Part shown: positions 1-13,400 of the stretch, piece after piece
Layout: every line of letters begins with the position of its first letter
How positions within the stretch are numbered: position 1 is the stretch's first letter
Position numbers and translations under genes: made by a program
The notes under the pieces: model-generated
The model's database searches: none
Told to the model about the DNA's origin: nothing
Seen by the model: only the letters and a program-made list of their open reading frames with translations
Assembly (NCBI GenBank): GCA_016748015.1
Contig: JAAOMT010000602.1
Location: 62,001-126,000, forward strand
Reading direction: 5' to 3'
Origin: Geosiphon pyriformis uo1
Taxonomy: Eukaryota; Fungi; Glomeromycota
Length of the DNA stretch: 64,000 bases

Positions 1-2681
1 AGCCAGGGAAACCATTGTTTGTTAAAGAGAAGTCGAAGTTCTTTAAAGCGGATTGATCAATGCCAAGCTTTAATTTCAATTTGGTAAATAGATCTGGGAT
101 CAAGATTTTCCTTTATGAATACGAAACGCAATCGAAACTTCTACCAATTCATCTGTTTCTTGAACGATTCAACAAACATGATTTTCGAATTATCAAGTGT
201 TACGGTGGAATTCGGTTTATGAAGACGGCGAAAAAGACTTGTAAAAATTATCGAAAAATGCGGATGCTCTTTGGAGGAACCAGGGTAATGACAGTCGGTA
301 AAGAGCAGAAAGTTGTTGGGTAAGTTTTCTTCAATTTTTCGAAAAACTCGATTTATATATAACAATTTCACTTTTACTAAACCCGTGACTCATTTTTTTA
401 CAAACTTTTTGTGATCTTCTACAGCTTTATTAGTCCTTGGAATTGCATCGTCATAGTTTCATTGTCTCTTCCATTCATTTTGTGAATTCAGGCACTTTTC
501 TTACAGGTAAATAATAATGATCTTTAGCATTTGGCTCAAATCAGGGCGTAAGGGTGTCTGTCGAATAAGAATTAGGCTGGAAGAATTACAAATTGGGCGT
601 GACTAGGGATTCCTGTTTTCAAAGTATAGCCGCCATGAAAATTGGCGTGCATACATGGTATTGTTGAAATATATTCCTTCTATGGGGCATGCATGCTATG
701 TACGATTGACATACATTTTCCCGATCCTTCATTTGTCGCGTGAGGTTCTAAAAAAAATCGAGCGTAATTTTTTCTCCGCTCTGCCAAATTCAAAGATCCT
801 TGTTTGGTTTTGCCCTCTTTTCAATTCGTAAGAATTAAAAAAATTTCAAATATTATTCAAAGTTAAAGCATGAATTACGCCACTTTGCAAATCTGTAACC
901 TTATTTTGAAACAAAATTTATTTAAAGATGGTTTTCGACATTCGGGACCCAAGCTCACTTTTAAGTTTGTTACAAATTTATGAACTCTTAATAATTTAAA
1001 ATTTCCCGGTCTTTTGCCAAAGGCTAAGAGAAATTTTTGGTCACTACGACAAATTTAACAATTCTTTTAACATTAATTTCTGTTTATGATGTTTTATTAC
1101 CACTTTTCTGATACTTCTTGGCACAAAAGATTTATTCTTTTACTATTTAATAAAATAGAAATCTTCAGGAATTTTTGAAATGGTTGTGATTTTTAAGATT
1201 TTATTTATGTAAAATAATGATTTATAGAGAAGGAATTTTGAAGGAATTTTTTTTTTCTAAAAGTATCCCTCCTTGATTTTGTATATACTTTAGTAAGCCA
1301 ATTAATATATTGTTATTTAGCTGAATTAAAAAAAGTTAAAACTTGACATTTAGAGTTATAATCAAAAAATATTAAAGAAAAGGATATTTTATCATGTTTT
1401 TTATTTGTTAAGTAATATTTGTAAAAAGATGAATCTTATTTTTAAAGACCAGCTAGATTAGGGTTGGATAAAATGACCTTTGAATGATTGTGATGAAAAA
1501 TCTGTTTTTTCTTTAAGTATGAAGTTGTTTGATAAACCTTCAATTTATTTGGGAGAGAATAACAGTAAATCAAAAAATAAATTTTTAAGAGTTTATAAAT
1601 GGAAATATATATATATATATATATTATGACATGATTACTTTTGTCATTAATTTTCAAGAGTTCAAATTAAAAATGAAAAAAAAATAGATATAGCTAAACC
1701 AGATATAACTGAGGCCGGTGGTATATGCCTAACAGCCATTATATCTTTTGGTTAATTGACATAAGATTAATCTATTGTTCATTGTCGAAATCAAGTTTTT
1801 TGATTGCTCAACCATCGGAAAATTTTGGCGTTTTTATTACATCATAAGGGGTTACACAAGCGGAAAATGAGGAAATTCTTGACATAAGTGAAATAACCTT
1901 TGTGCTCTTTATATCCAACACCCAAGTAAGATTTTTAGGTTTGAAAAGATGATGGAATGATAATGAAGTAAATGATATTCAAAATCTTCATTACATCCTC
2001 TTGCATCACATTGAAATTTAATTTTACCAAATGATTGATTTGGCCAATAGCGAGTCAGGTTTAAAAGGATAATTTTATTTAAGGCCACAATTCGTAGCTA
2101 AGGGGAGTTGTGCCCAAATGTTTAATTGGAAAATATTAGAATATAATATTGGTGAGCCTCAGTTTTGATAATGCTTTGAAATTTATCGAGAAGAGTTATA
2201 TATAAATAATTTTTATGAGGTACAGTTCTTGATGAGGAGGCGAATTACAAAAGAAATTAGTAGGTTTCAGCCATATGAACTCAAATTGGATAAAATCACA
2301 ATTTCCTGTTTTTTTTGTGTGTTACTTCTTGTCTTACTTCACTTTCATGATCTGCTTGATAATGTACAAGGATAATATCAATTTTCTCTTAACTTGAGCG
2401 TAAAATAGGAATAGAATACTATACAATTACGAATTTTAATGTGTCTAAATAAATCTTTCACGCAATAACTTACAGTGATTTTTATAAAAGAACCTTTTAA
2501 AAAGAAAAAAAATCCGTTGTTCCTTTTATTACTTAGATTCACGACTGAAAGCTGCTTAACTTTAAACGCATAAACGTAGCTTTTTGACAGGAATTTCAAA
2601 AGCTTCAAGCTCACGAAATTTATTTTTTTCAAAAAATCGAAGAATTTTTTTTTCTTTGAATAACAAAACAAAATTCTTACG

Positions 2682-3122
2682 ATGGAAAAGGAATCCCAAA
2701 TTATCAAAGCTTCAGGAAACGCCACAAGTTCTGGGTATTTAGATAATTCTTCGAATAGAGTTGAATTTAGCCGTTCCTCGACTGTTCAAAACGCCAGATT
2801 GACATCTTGTAATACAATGTGTTCAAAAAGGCCTTTTCCCGTTAACGTGAATCAAAAAAATACCTCAAAAATACTTAATACCAACAATCATTTAATTTTA
2901 ACGGAAAACGATCCACCCCAAACAATTCAAATGAGCGAAATCATTAACTCCCCTTACTCTTCACGGTCACCTCTACGTCCGCGTGTTAATACGAGACTGA
3001 TGAACGTTGAGTCTTCCATTACATTTCCAAGCATAAGCAAACGTGACTTATACGCTGGGCTTGGAATTAACGCAAATTTTACACCTCCTGGAAGTGAAAC
3101 AGATTACAGTCCAAAATTCTGA
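2682..3122 (+). CDS. Hypothetical Ser/Thr/Asn/Pro-rich protein (146 aa, single exon)
   Basis: ATG-initiated 146-codon ORF, GC-richer than its flanks; no recognisable domain. Confidence 0.5.
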   Translation: MEKESQIIKASGNATSSGYLDNSSNRVEFSRSSTVQNARLTSCNTMCSKRPFPVNVNQKNTSKILNTNNHLILTENDPPQTIQMSEIINSPYSSRSPLRPRVNTRLMNVESSITFPSISKRDLYAGLGINANFTPPGSETDYSPKF

Positions 3123-3758
3123 AATTTTTTAAAACTTTTATATTTATGCCCCTTGTCAAAAATATGTTGCTCTGTTCGTTACATTTAATGGAATCGCATT
3201 ACGCAAATTCTCTCAACTTTTTAAGACAATTTATTAGGGAAAATAATTTCCGCTAAAATTTTTATGTTATTTGATTTTATGCCTCTAAGCCAAGACCTTA
3301 TTTCTTATTGACATCTTTATGGAATATGTAGATTTTATTGAATAATTTTACATTAATTTAAGCACATATAAAATAAGTAATTGTTCGAAAATTTAGGGTA
3401 CTAATAAAGACTTCAAACCAAATTTTTGAGACCTCAATTATTGTTTCAAAATTTCCTAAAAAGTTTAAAACTTAAGCAATAAATAATTAAATTTTAAATT
3501 TCACCCTCTAATATTGTGTAAGATTGGGAAGAAGTGTGTCACAAATATTTTGAACAATGCATCAATTTACACATAATTTATTAATGAATCCCACATTGAA
3601 CGCAAATATTTTCTAAATGTTGTAAGAAAAGAATTGTTTGTTTAGCCCTGTATATATCATGTGCATTAAAAAACATCCGTTCACTATTGGTGATTAAGTA
3701 AAATTTTGAATGCACAAACTAATTAAATCGTCTTTTTATGGGTATTTAGAAAGTTCAA

Positions 3759-3905
3759 AATTCTTTGGATTGTGCAATTTAATTCTATCCTATTAGGAAT
3801 TCTTTGGATTGTGCAATTTAATTCTATCCTATTAGGAATTCTTTGGATTGTGCAATTTAATTCTGTCCTCTTGAAAATTCTTTTGATTGTGTAATTAAAT
3901 CCTGT
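3759..3905. repeat. 39-bp tandem minisatellite, about 3.6 copies
   Basis: Unit aattctttggattgtgcaatttaattctatcctattagg: two exact copies, then diverging ones; reads as 13-aa repeats (RIELNCTIQRIPN) in minus ORF 3723..3953. Confidence 0.9.
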
Positions 3906-4056
3906 TTTCTTTGCTTTGTTTATCGTGTGAATCATAAAAATACTTGAATACATATTGTTTAGCTTATTTGTATTTTTTGATGATTATCAAATCTAGAACA
4001 TGAATTTATGATTAAAACTTTGTTCATAAAAGATTTCTTTCGTGAAATTTATAATG

Positions 4057-4058
<2 letters not shown>

Positions 4059-4133
<75 letters not shown>
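4059..4133. repeat. Poly(T) tract directly followed by poly(A)
   Basis: About 60 T then about 15 A. Confidence 0.9.
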
Positions 4134-4485
4134 TACATCATTTAAAAGGAATTTAAAAAATATGTGAACTTAAGTTACTTTGTGAGATAATATTGATCTT
4201 TTAATTTTAAATGAATATTTAAAAATAATTGAGTTTTTTAAAGTTTGTTATCTTTTAAAAAAAAAAATTTTTGAGATTTATTTTATTAATTAGATGGTAT
4301 TAAATAAGAACTTGTACCATATATTCCTATTATTTATTACTATTTTCTCAATCAATAATTGGTATAATTTAATAATAATTTTGAAATCAAAATTTGTCGA
4401 AATATCATCAAGCATGAATTACGAAAAATATGAATTTTTTTCACATTATAAAGTAAAAATTTTGATGTTAATAATAATAATAATA

Positions 4486-4521
<36 letters not shown>

Positions 4522-4870
4522 TAAATAAATAAAAAATAAATAAAAAAAATATTATTTTTAATGATATAAATATTTTTATTTTTCAAATAAATAAATTTTT
4601 ATGTTATTATAAAATTCACATTTTAGAAAAAAAAAGTTCAATATTATTAATATTCTATTTAACATTACAAAAAAATGTTAAGTAATAATATTTAAATATT
4701 TGATTAATTTTTTTTCAAACAATAAATTTATTTAATAATTACAAAAAAACATTTAATTTTTTTAATTTTTTTTCTTAGCAACTAAATATTTTGATCTTAA
4801 TCAATTATTAACAATATTAATTTTATTGCAAGTAATAAACCTAATTTTTTGTATTTAATTCTGATATTTT

Positions 4871-4990
4871 TATTATTATTAAATTAACGAGTGAAGCTCT
4901 GTCGCTATTTAGTGTACAAAAACAAACAAAGTGTTCCCAACTAAACGCGACTTACGCACTTGGTACACGTGACTAGCCACTTGGTGAGAT
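4871..4990 (-). mobile_element. About 110-bp LINE 3'-end fragment (extreme 5' truncation or SINE-like) in a (TAA)n tract
   Basis: Minus strand ccaagtggctagtcacgtgta...tcactcgttaa+(taa)n matches the 3' UTR of the LINE at 10340-10450 (ccaagtggctggtcacgtgta...tcactcgttaa+polyA); (att)n on both sides. Confidence 0.75.
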
Positions 4991-6593
4991 TTAGATTATT
5001 ATTATTATTATTAACAATAATAATTATATTAAAAGTAATTAAAATTTCAAAATATTTAATTTTTTTATTTTGCTTAATTTAATAGAGAATATTTAAAAAT
5101 ATATACATAATTATATATATAATTAAAAAATTTGTTAACTTATTAGTTTTACAGAAAAGCATCATTAATAAAAAGTGTCTGTAATAAAAATAATTTTAGG
5201 AATTATACAATTTTATTACAAAAAGTAATTGAATCAAAATAATTTTACAAAATTATTAAAGTTATTAATTTCATCATTTTTCTAAATAATTTTTTAGATG
5301 TTTTTATAAGACAACCTGAAAGGTTTACATAGTTTTATTTTACTCTGACGAGATTAACAATATTTGTTTAATTTTCATCAAAAATTTTAATTTTTGCTTA
5401 ATTAATCAATATTTACGCACCCAAATAAAATTGCATTTTATTTCAAAATAATATATTTAGCCGATTTTTTAAAAGCTTAATTGACAACCAAAAAGTCAAA
5501 ATTTTTTATCATACATAATTAAGTGATTGCATAATTTTGTGAAATACACAAGAAGCTAGGTCCAGAAATTAAATATTTAGACTTGCAAATTCGATTCTTT
5601 TCAATCGTTTTTCGGGGAATTAGGTCAAAAGTATTATAACGAAAAAAAATTTTTTTTTTCCTAAAGCTTTCTCAATTTCTTAAAAAGAGGTATCTCAAAA
5701 TTCCGCCATTCAAGACCGAACCTTTTTTTGTGGAGAAAGGCAAAAAATTAATTAATCTGATCAAAAAAAAATGTTTGTTGAATCAAAATTTCTTTAAAAA
5801 AAAAAAAAATTCTGCTTACTCTCTTGAAAAATCGAAAGCATTTAGAAAAAAATGACGAATTAAATTGTCATCGAAATCGAAATTGATTCTTATCTTAAAT
5901 TATGGGTAGTAGTAGTCTTATTACATATCGTTCGGGTTATAGATTTATTGGTCACATTTTACTTCCGCACGTTAGAATTTTTTGTAAAGGAACGTTGAGT
6001 GGGAATTGAAATAAAAAACTTTTAATTTCATAATGATTTTACCAATTCAGGATTCCATGAAATTTCTAAAAATTCTTTACTCTGGTCCTAAAATACATAA
6101 ATTTTTTCCAACTTAATTACGGGAAAATCTATATTCTTGGAAATCGATTGGTTTGATTGCGACAGTAAATTTTGAAACGATCTTAACCCATAGCTCTAAA
6201 CCTCAACTCCCAATACAATATGATTCAGATCAGGTACTGATCTCAATTAATTTACAGCATACACGATCGTGATTATTATTTCACAAATCGGGAAAATGAA
6301 ACCAATTTCTGTGTCATGTCAATCCGAAAGGTATATTCAAATTCTTAATAATAATAATAAAAATTGACCGGTTTCCTAGCATTGTAAAAGTTATGTAATC
6401 ACTAAAATAGGATCGTATTTTTATGACGAAAAACTTTGTCAAATCGTTTTTTCAATGATCATTTATCACGTAATCAAAAATTGCGATACCGAATTTTCCT
6501 GCTTTTAAATTTTTTAAGGTATCTGGTATTATTTTCTATGTGTGTTACTTACTCCTTTTAGATAATCATACTCTTTTAAAAAACGAAGAATGT

Positions 6594-6630
<37 letters not shown>

Positions 6631-7301
6631 GAATATTCTCATTATTTATTAAGTAAAAGGTTAAAATTTAAATTCCATCCTTAGATTTATCCCAAAAACA
6701 ATTTTCAATATATATATATATATTTAATCGGATACTGAATTTTTTATTGTTAAATATATACAGAAAAGTTTTTTTTTTTAATAGGTAAAGAATGTTATGC
6801 CTACATTTTTACTCTAAAAATATATTTACATATACTTTGTTTCCATTTGATTTTGTGTTAGTACGGAATTTTCCTTGATGATTATTAGAATATGAGTTTC
6901 GGGAAAAAAGTAAGGCAATCGCTGAAGAATTTCATGTTCACAAATAATAACCAACAACTTTAAATCGAAAATGTCCAAAAATGGAAATATCGGTTTTAGT
7001 ATGTGGGGTTTTGCATGGTTTTACTAAAGTTCACTTTTTCAATCGTTTCACATGAACCACTAAAAAGATGTTCCCATTTGATGTTTTTCCAGTCATCAAA
7101 GGTTGCAGTTACTCAAATTTTATTTGCAGATGCATGTTTTGAAATTTCATTCCAGTATAATAGTATTCTGAATGAACCAATTGATTTGATCAAAAGTTTT
7201 TTAATGAATTTTAAAATTTTATAAAAAATCGGTTCCTTTATTTTTCAACTATGATGAAAGAAGATATAAAGTAAAAAAATTTGAAGATGAAAAGTTTGAT
7301 T

Positions 7302-7333
<32 letters not shown>

Positions 7334-9229
7334 ATGTCATTGATCTGAGATTTTCTTAAGAATATCCATATATATATATATATATATATTAATTATTCTA
7401 AATCTTTCCCCAATCTTTGATCCTTGGTTCAATTCTCAGGTTTGGGAAGTTGAAACATAATAATAATAATAATATTATTATTATTAATTAATTGATATTA
7501 TTATTAATTAATTAATTAATTAATTGATTGATTGATTGACATGATTATGTCATAAAACACGAGAATTAAATTAAATTAAATTAAACTCCCTTGCTTTTTA
7601 AAAAAACTTTCTGATTTAAAATTAAGTGTTCTGTCTTACTCTTAATAAAAAAAAATTATATTTTAATCCAATGAAATTATTTATCAATTCAAAATTACAT
7701 TACTTGAGCAAATTTATTTTCTTGAATAAAATTTGGATATTTTTCATTGTTAAAAGTTACTTGTAAAAATAATCATCTTAACCAAGAAACAAAAATATTT
7801 ATTATTAGGGTCCTACTAATCTCTTGATTAATCGAAAAGAAAATAAATTCAGAGAAAACGTTCTCTTGAAAAATTAGACTTTGAACCTTTCAACAACACG
7901 ACGTAAGCAAAAAAAATTATTCATTGTGAAAATTTCAAAGAGTTTGGAAACTTGAAAGTTTAAATTTTTATTCAAAGTTAAAATAATTAAATATTATGTA
8001 ATCATTCAATCCCAGGAATTTTGATAACACCCAAATTCAAACTGAATTAATTTCATGTTCAAAATATTACCCAATTCTATTTAGGTATGCATTAGCAATT
8101 ATTAATTGAGAATTAAGTGCATGATCTTCAAACTCTAGATATAATTTTTAACTATATTTCCTTCTCCTCGTAATTAATATAAAGGAATCTTATATATTGT
8201 ATAAGATTTTCTTGGAAATCCAGAATTAAAACTACTTAGTAACCACCACGTTTACATGAAAACATTATCAAACAAAATTTGACTATTCAAATCAATTTTC
8301 TTGTTGATATCCCACCATCAGGCATTTCTCAACAATCGATGGCAACATAATTTCGATTGGCACATAAATGAATGAAGAACTTTTTAACATATAGGGCTCT
8401 AACATAAAAACTTTGCATCAAATGACAAGAAACAAGAAACTAAACTTGAAAATAGTTCAATATTTATCCGAGGGAGAATCTTTTCTTTTTTTGCATAAAA
8501 TTACAAAAAAAACAAACTAAAAAGCTGGCTACCTTTGCAACATTAGAAATAAACATTTCAGTTCTTCAGCATCGATCGAATTTCATAAAGATTTTTCCCG
8601 CCTTGTCTAATTAAAATTTCTTAATTATGATATTTTCATGCCAATAAAAAGACTTAAAAAATCTTTATATAGGGGAATTTCAAGCAGATGACCAGTAATA
8701 TTGGAAAAAAATGTTTTCAAGATCTTTTTAACAAGTAGTTGTATTGCAACAAAGTTAAGATACCTTTGCAATTTTCTTTCAATTTTTACTTTTATAAGTA
8801 TAGATCTTTTTTCAAGTTTTTTTCTGTGAGGCAATTGCGAGGAAAAGGGTTTCATTATGTCTCGATTTTTCGAGATCAAACTTATTATGCTACATCATTT
8901 ATTATATAATTGAATACTAGAAACGACTGCTAAGATTATCCATCAAAGCGTATTTTATAATCAGCTTAACAACAACGATATAATGAGTAGAAATCAAAAT
9001 TTAATAATCCTCAAAATCTTTCTTCATGTCTTCAACCTTTCAATAGGTTTTAAAGAACAAAGTTATTGTTACATCATTGTGAAATATAAAGAAACGTACA
9101 AAGTTAATTGCTTTTTAGTGGAACACAAAATTTTTGGTTTTTACACTATTTTTTGATTGGCTTAAACCTTTAAAAAAGGAATCTTAATTAAAAAATTGCA
9201 ACCTAAAAATATGTATATATTTTTTGCTT

Positions 9230-10311
9230 ATGCGAGTCTAGTCCAAACATAATTTACTGTATTAATCCATATACATTTCTAATGTAAACAACATGAATCA
9301 CATTTTGTTTACATGCATTCGGACCTGTCAAAAATTAAAGCACCCAGTATTTATAACTATACTAACTAACATATTTTATCAGCCTTTAAAACATTAACAA
9401 TCTTCAAATTAATATATCCAATACAATAAAAATATACACCAGATTTAAAGAAAATTGGCCAACTATTCTTTTAAAAAAAATTTATACAAGCGATTGAAAA
9501 TCTGTACACAGGCCTTTTTAAAGAAGCTTTGCTTAAAATAACCAAATCATTCTGAAAAGAATTTATATTTTTTACTAAAAACCCAACAAAATTTGCAAAA
9601 TCTTTTATAAACCAAACTTTGAACTTTATTATCAACTTTGAAAAAAAAAATTAAAGACAATATATCTACCTAACTAATTTTTTAAACATATGACAAAGAA
9701 CTATTTAACCAATTAGAAGTAATATGTTTTAATATTTGGATTTTAGGAGATTTACTTTAAAAATTGCTTTACAATTTGAATTCTGGCACTTTTAACAATA
9801 CCCGTTATCAAAAGTTTTTTACCCAATTCTGGTTTTTCTTAATATATTAATCTTAAATACAGTAGCATTAAATGCTTCTTGGATTTTAAAAATCACAATT
9901 TAGCAATAATTTAATTTAAATGACCAGAAAATGATATTAATTTTGTAAATTGTACAGCTAAAAAAAATTACCAATTTGGTCTTAAAAATATTTTTTAAAT
10001 TAAAAGCCACAACAAATTTTGCAATCTTTGATACATTAAAAAAAAATGACTTAACAAGCTTAATATTTTTGTAAGACTATTAAAAAATTTCTAAAATGCA
10101 AATTTATATAAAACAATTTAATATTGTTTTTAATAGTTAATATAAGACTAACAACAATTAAAATACAGCTTTAACATAAACCAGTTTAATTTTAAAAAAG
10201 ATATCAAACACTAAAGCAGAAGTTATTCATTCAAAAATTTATTAGTTTTTGTTATAATTGTAAACAAAATTGAAAAGCAAAAAAATTTACAATTATTTGT
10301 AATTGCTGTAA
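9230..10311 (-). mobile_element. Hypermutated LINE ORF1 relic (LINE-B)
   Basis: Manual translation gives IFE*ITSALVFDIFFKIKLVYVKAVF* and VIFKIQEAFNATVFKINILRKTRIG*KTFDNGYC*KCQ, colinear with the pre-knuckle region of in-window ORF1; 10150-10236 also aligns at DNA level with 63130-63213. Confidence 0.65.
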
Positions 10312-10461
10312 TTAATTATAATTCAATTTTTTTTTTTTTATTAATTTAACGAGTGAGGTTCACACACAACCTAGCACTATACATCAAAAAAATGATCTAA
10401 ACTAGGCATAAATCATGCATTTTCTACACGTGACCAGCCACTTGGGCCAGTCAGAACAACA

Positions 10462-13400
10462 CTATGCAGCTATATAGACAGAAACCAAATTACCAATGCT
10501 GGAAAAAAACATGCAAGACTTACGAAAACCAAAATGCACACCAAAAGCTTCATCAATACCAAGCAAATCAATCACATCAGCAAAAAAACGCGAAGTCAAA
10601 CCAGAGACCAAAGTAGGAGACAAGCCATCTAAAGAAATCAGTCTGTGCTTTTTCATATAGGCATGATGTTTGGCATGAACCAACCATATTTCATCTCTAA
10701 AAGTGAGGCCAAAAGAACATGTGAAATCAATGACCTTCAAACATGCCACCTTGGAACTATAGAAGATGGAGACAGCTTTACAAAACCAATTATCAAAAAC
10801 AAAACTCTTATGAAGAGCCATGGACACCAAGGAACCTGAAACACAAAATGACAACAATTGCAACAAACATGAAGAAAAGACAGAAGAACCAGAAAGTGTT
10901 TTCCAAGTGTTTATGTGAGAATCCAACAACCGATGCCAAGCAGAATCATCGATCTCACAAGAAAAAACATGATCCGACACCTCTATATCACCACAATATA
11001 GACACAACACACTGGAATAAAGTCTATTATAAAGCTGTTTTCGAACAGCCACAGGCAACCAATGATGCAAAGCCTTTATAAAATAAGAGTGCGCATTAGC
11101 CAAAATCCTGTTAGTGAAACTAGTGGCCATATGCAAATCAGGATGCCACACCAAAGAAAAGCGAGACCAATTAACATTAGCACACAAATTGTCAGACAAA
11201 AACTTAGAACCAGACTCTACTTCCCAATGTGCATAACACATGGCATGAAAAGTGTCACGGACAAAGTGCCTTAAATTGCCAGAAACAACATTGCCATCAG
11301 CCATCAAAAAGTGTTCATCCAGGCGAGGAGAAAAAAACCAGTCAGAAACAGAATCAGCACTGGCAATCACATCAGCATACTTGTTTCCCAAAACCCCAGA
11401 ATGACTTTTGACTTTGTGCCAAGCAACATTTAGGACCTTACTGGAAATGACGTTGGCAATGTACTGACACTCAATCTAACATCGATTCCAGAAATCAGGA
11501 GCCACCATACCCAATTCCGATTTGCAAGCATCCAAAGCAGATTGACTATCTGAAAACAAATGGACATTACTAAAAACAGGAACACACTCGAGAGCCAATG
11601 CAATTGCCTGTAACTCAGCCATGGTAGATGACATCAAGCCAGACATACCAACACTCAAACCCATATCAATGACCTATCAGTATAGACAGACAACACCCTT
11701 GCATTAACCCGCAAAAGACAATCACAGATAGACACAAAGCCAGAAGAACCCAGAATGTCCAAAGGACCCATATTAGCAAGAACTGGGATGTGAGCAAGAG
11801 AGAAGTCCTTACCAGCAAGAAACACAGCAGAAAGCCTGAACCACTCAGGAATAGGACCATGGGGGTCCAGTTTCTCCCATCACTTAAATGTGGACCAATC
11901 AAAGACTGTACCATAATGATCACAAATTTGGTCTACAAAGGCCACACCATACTGCTGAAGTGAGGGAAGACACCTGAAAAAAACTGATTTACCCAAAACA
12001 GTTAACATAGACATCCCACTATTGACATGAAAGAAATTGGCAAAGAATCCACCCAGAGACAATTTGCAATTATAAAGCACACGAACCACACCTACCAGAA
12101 AATTATTAGAGGTGCTAACACAAATGTGAACAGGAAAACTCAACAGATGAATAGGGTGCCAACACAAAACCTGCAGATCATGAGACTTATAAAAGAACAA
12201 ATGTTCCACAATTTCACCAGAGTTGGCAAAATTAATAAGAAAAGCAACCATGCCTTCAGACTGAATCTGCAGGAAAGATTTCAAACCATAAAAGGAGGAG
12301 TGGTGAATCAAATTACTAGGAAAGTTGAGTGGAAGTCCAGATTTGAGCTTCAGGTCCTTATAAATCATAGCATCCTACTTGTTACAAATGCTGATAGGAA
12401 CAAAGCTAAATTGTGTCCTGTAGCTAATAATAGGCTGGAGAACCACTGAAACCAAATATAAGAACTGCTTATCTGAGATAGCTTTTTTTAGAACCAAATT
12501 TGTAAAAAAATGAATGTCCGAATGCGCTTTAGCTAAACTAGGTTTGGAAAGACCCTCAGTTAACAGAAATATGCCCAAATACCGATGGGATTCATCTTTT
12601 TTGGCAACAGAGATAGGTGAACCACTAATAAAAAGAGTGAGATTACCAACCCTACAATTGATAGGAATAGCTATAGTCTTGTCATTGTTTATTGAAATGT
12701 CATTAATCTGGAAAAACTCATTAGCAATATCCAAAATGTGTTGAGTAGCACTCTGACTACTGCCAACTCAAATTGTATTATCAACAAAGGTGCCAGCAGC
12801 AAAACAGGAAGAAAGCCCAGCCTGCGACTTGACATGACCACTCTTGGAAATGAAATGAGAAATTAGCCTGTACTCACACATATTCTTCTGATGCTTGACT
12901 TTGCACAAAAGGGGATCATAAAAAATGCGCCACAAAAGAGAGGAAAAGACCTCTTCTTAATCTAAACTATCATGAACCCGATAACCATCTGTCAAACCAA
13001 AATCTGTTATGACTCGATTAGTGCAACCTTTGTGAATGCCACCAAAAAACCGAATGAACCTGTTGTACATTTTAATTCTAACCAGACACTTCTCCAAATG
13101 CTCTCGGCCAACCAAATCATATGCTTTCTTCATATCCTACAAGACCAGCCAAAGTTCTTGGTTCTTTTCCAGAGCATTCTCAACAATTGAACCAACTGCA
13201 AAAATGGGAGACTGTGTCATTGTACCTTTCAAAACCAAAAAATTGTCACCACAAAAAACATTATGAGTGCTGCATGCTAAAGAAATCCTGTCTGAGAGTA
13301 TTTTGGAGAGAATCTTGCGAGTTGCCTTAATTAGTGCAATAGGATGAGTATTTGTAAGAACACCCTTCCATTTATATGGTTTGGGAATCATTGAAACCCA

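Noticed and set aside
1-800. Moderately GC-rich segment with short ORFs (60..323, 141..371)
   Set aside because: No coherent frame or motif found; may be a degraded gene cut by the window edge
10430-10455. tRNA A-box-like TGGCCCAAGTGG in the LINE 3' UTR
   Set aside because: No B-box or cloverleaf, and TGGC is not kept in the second copy
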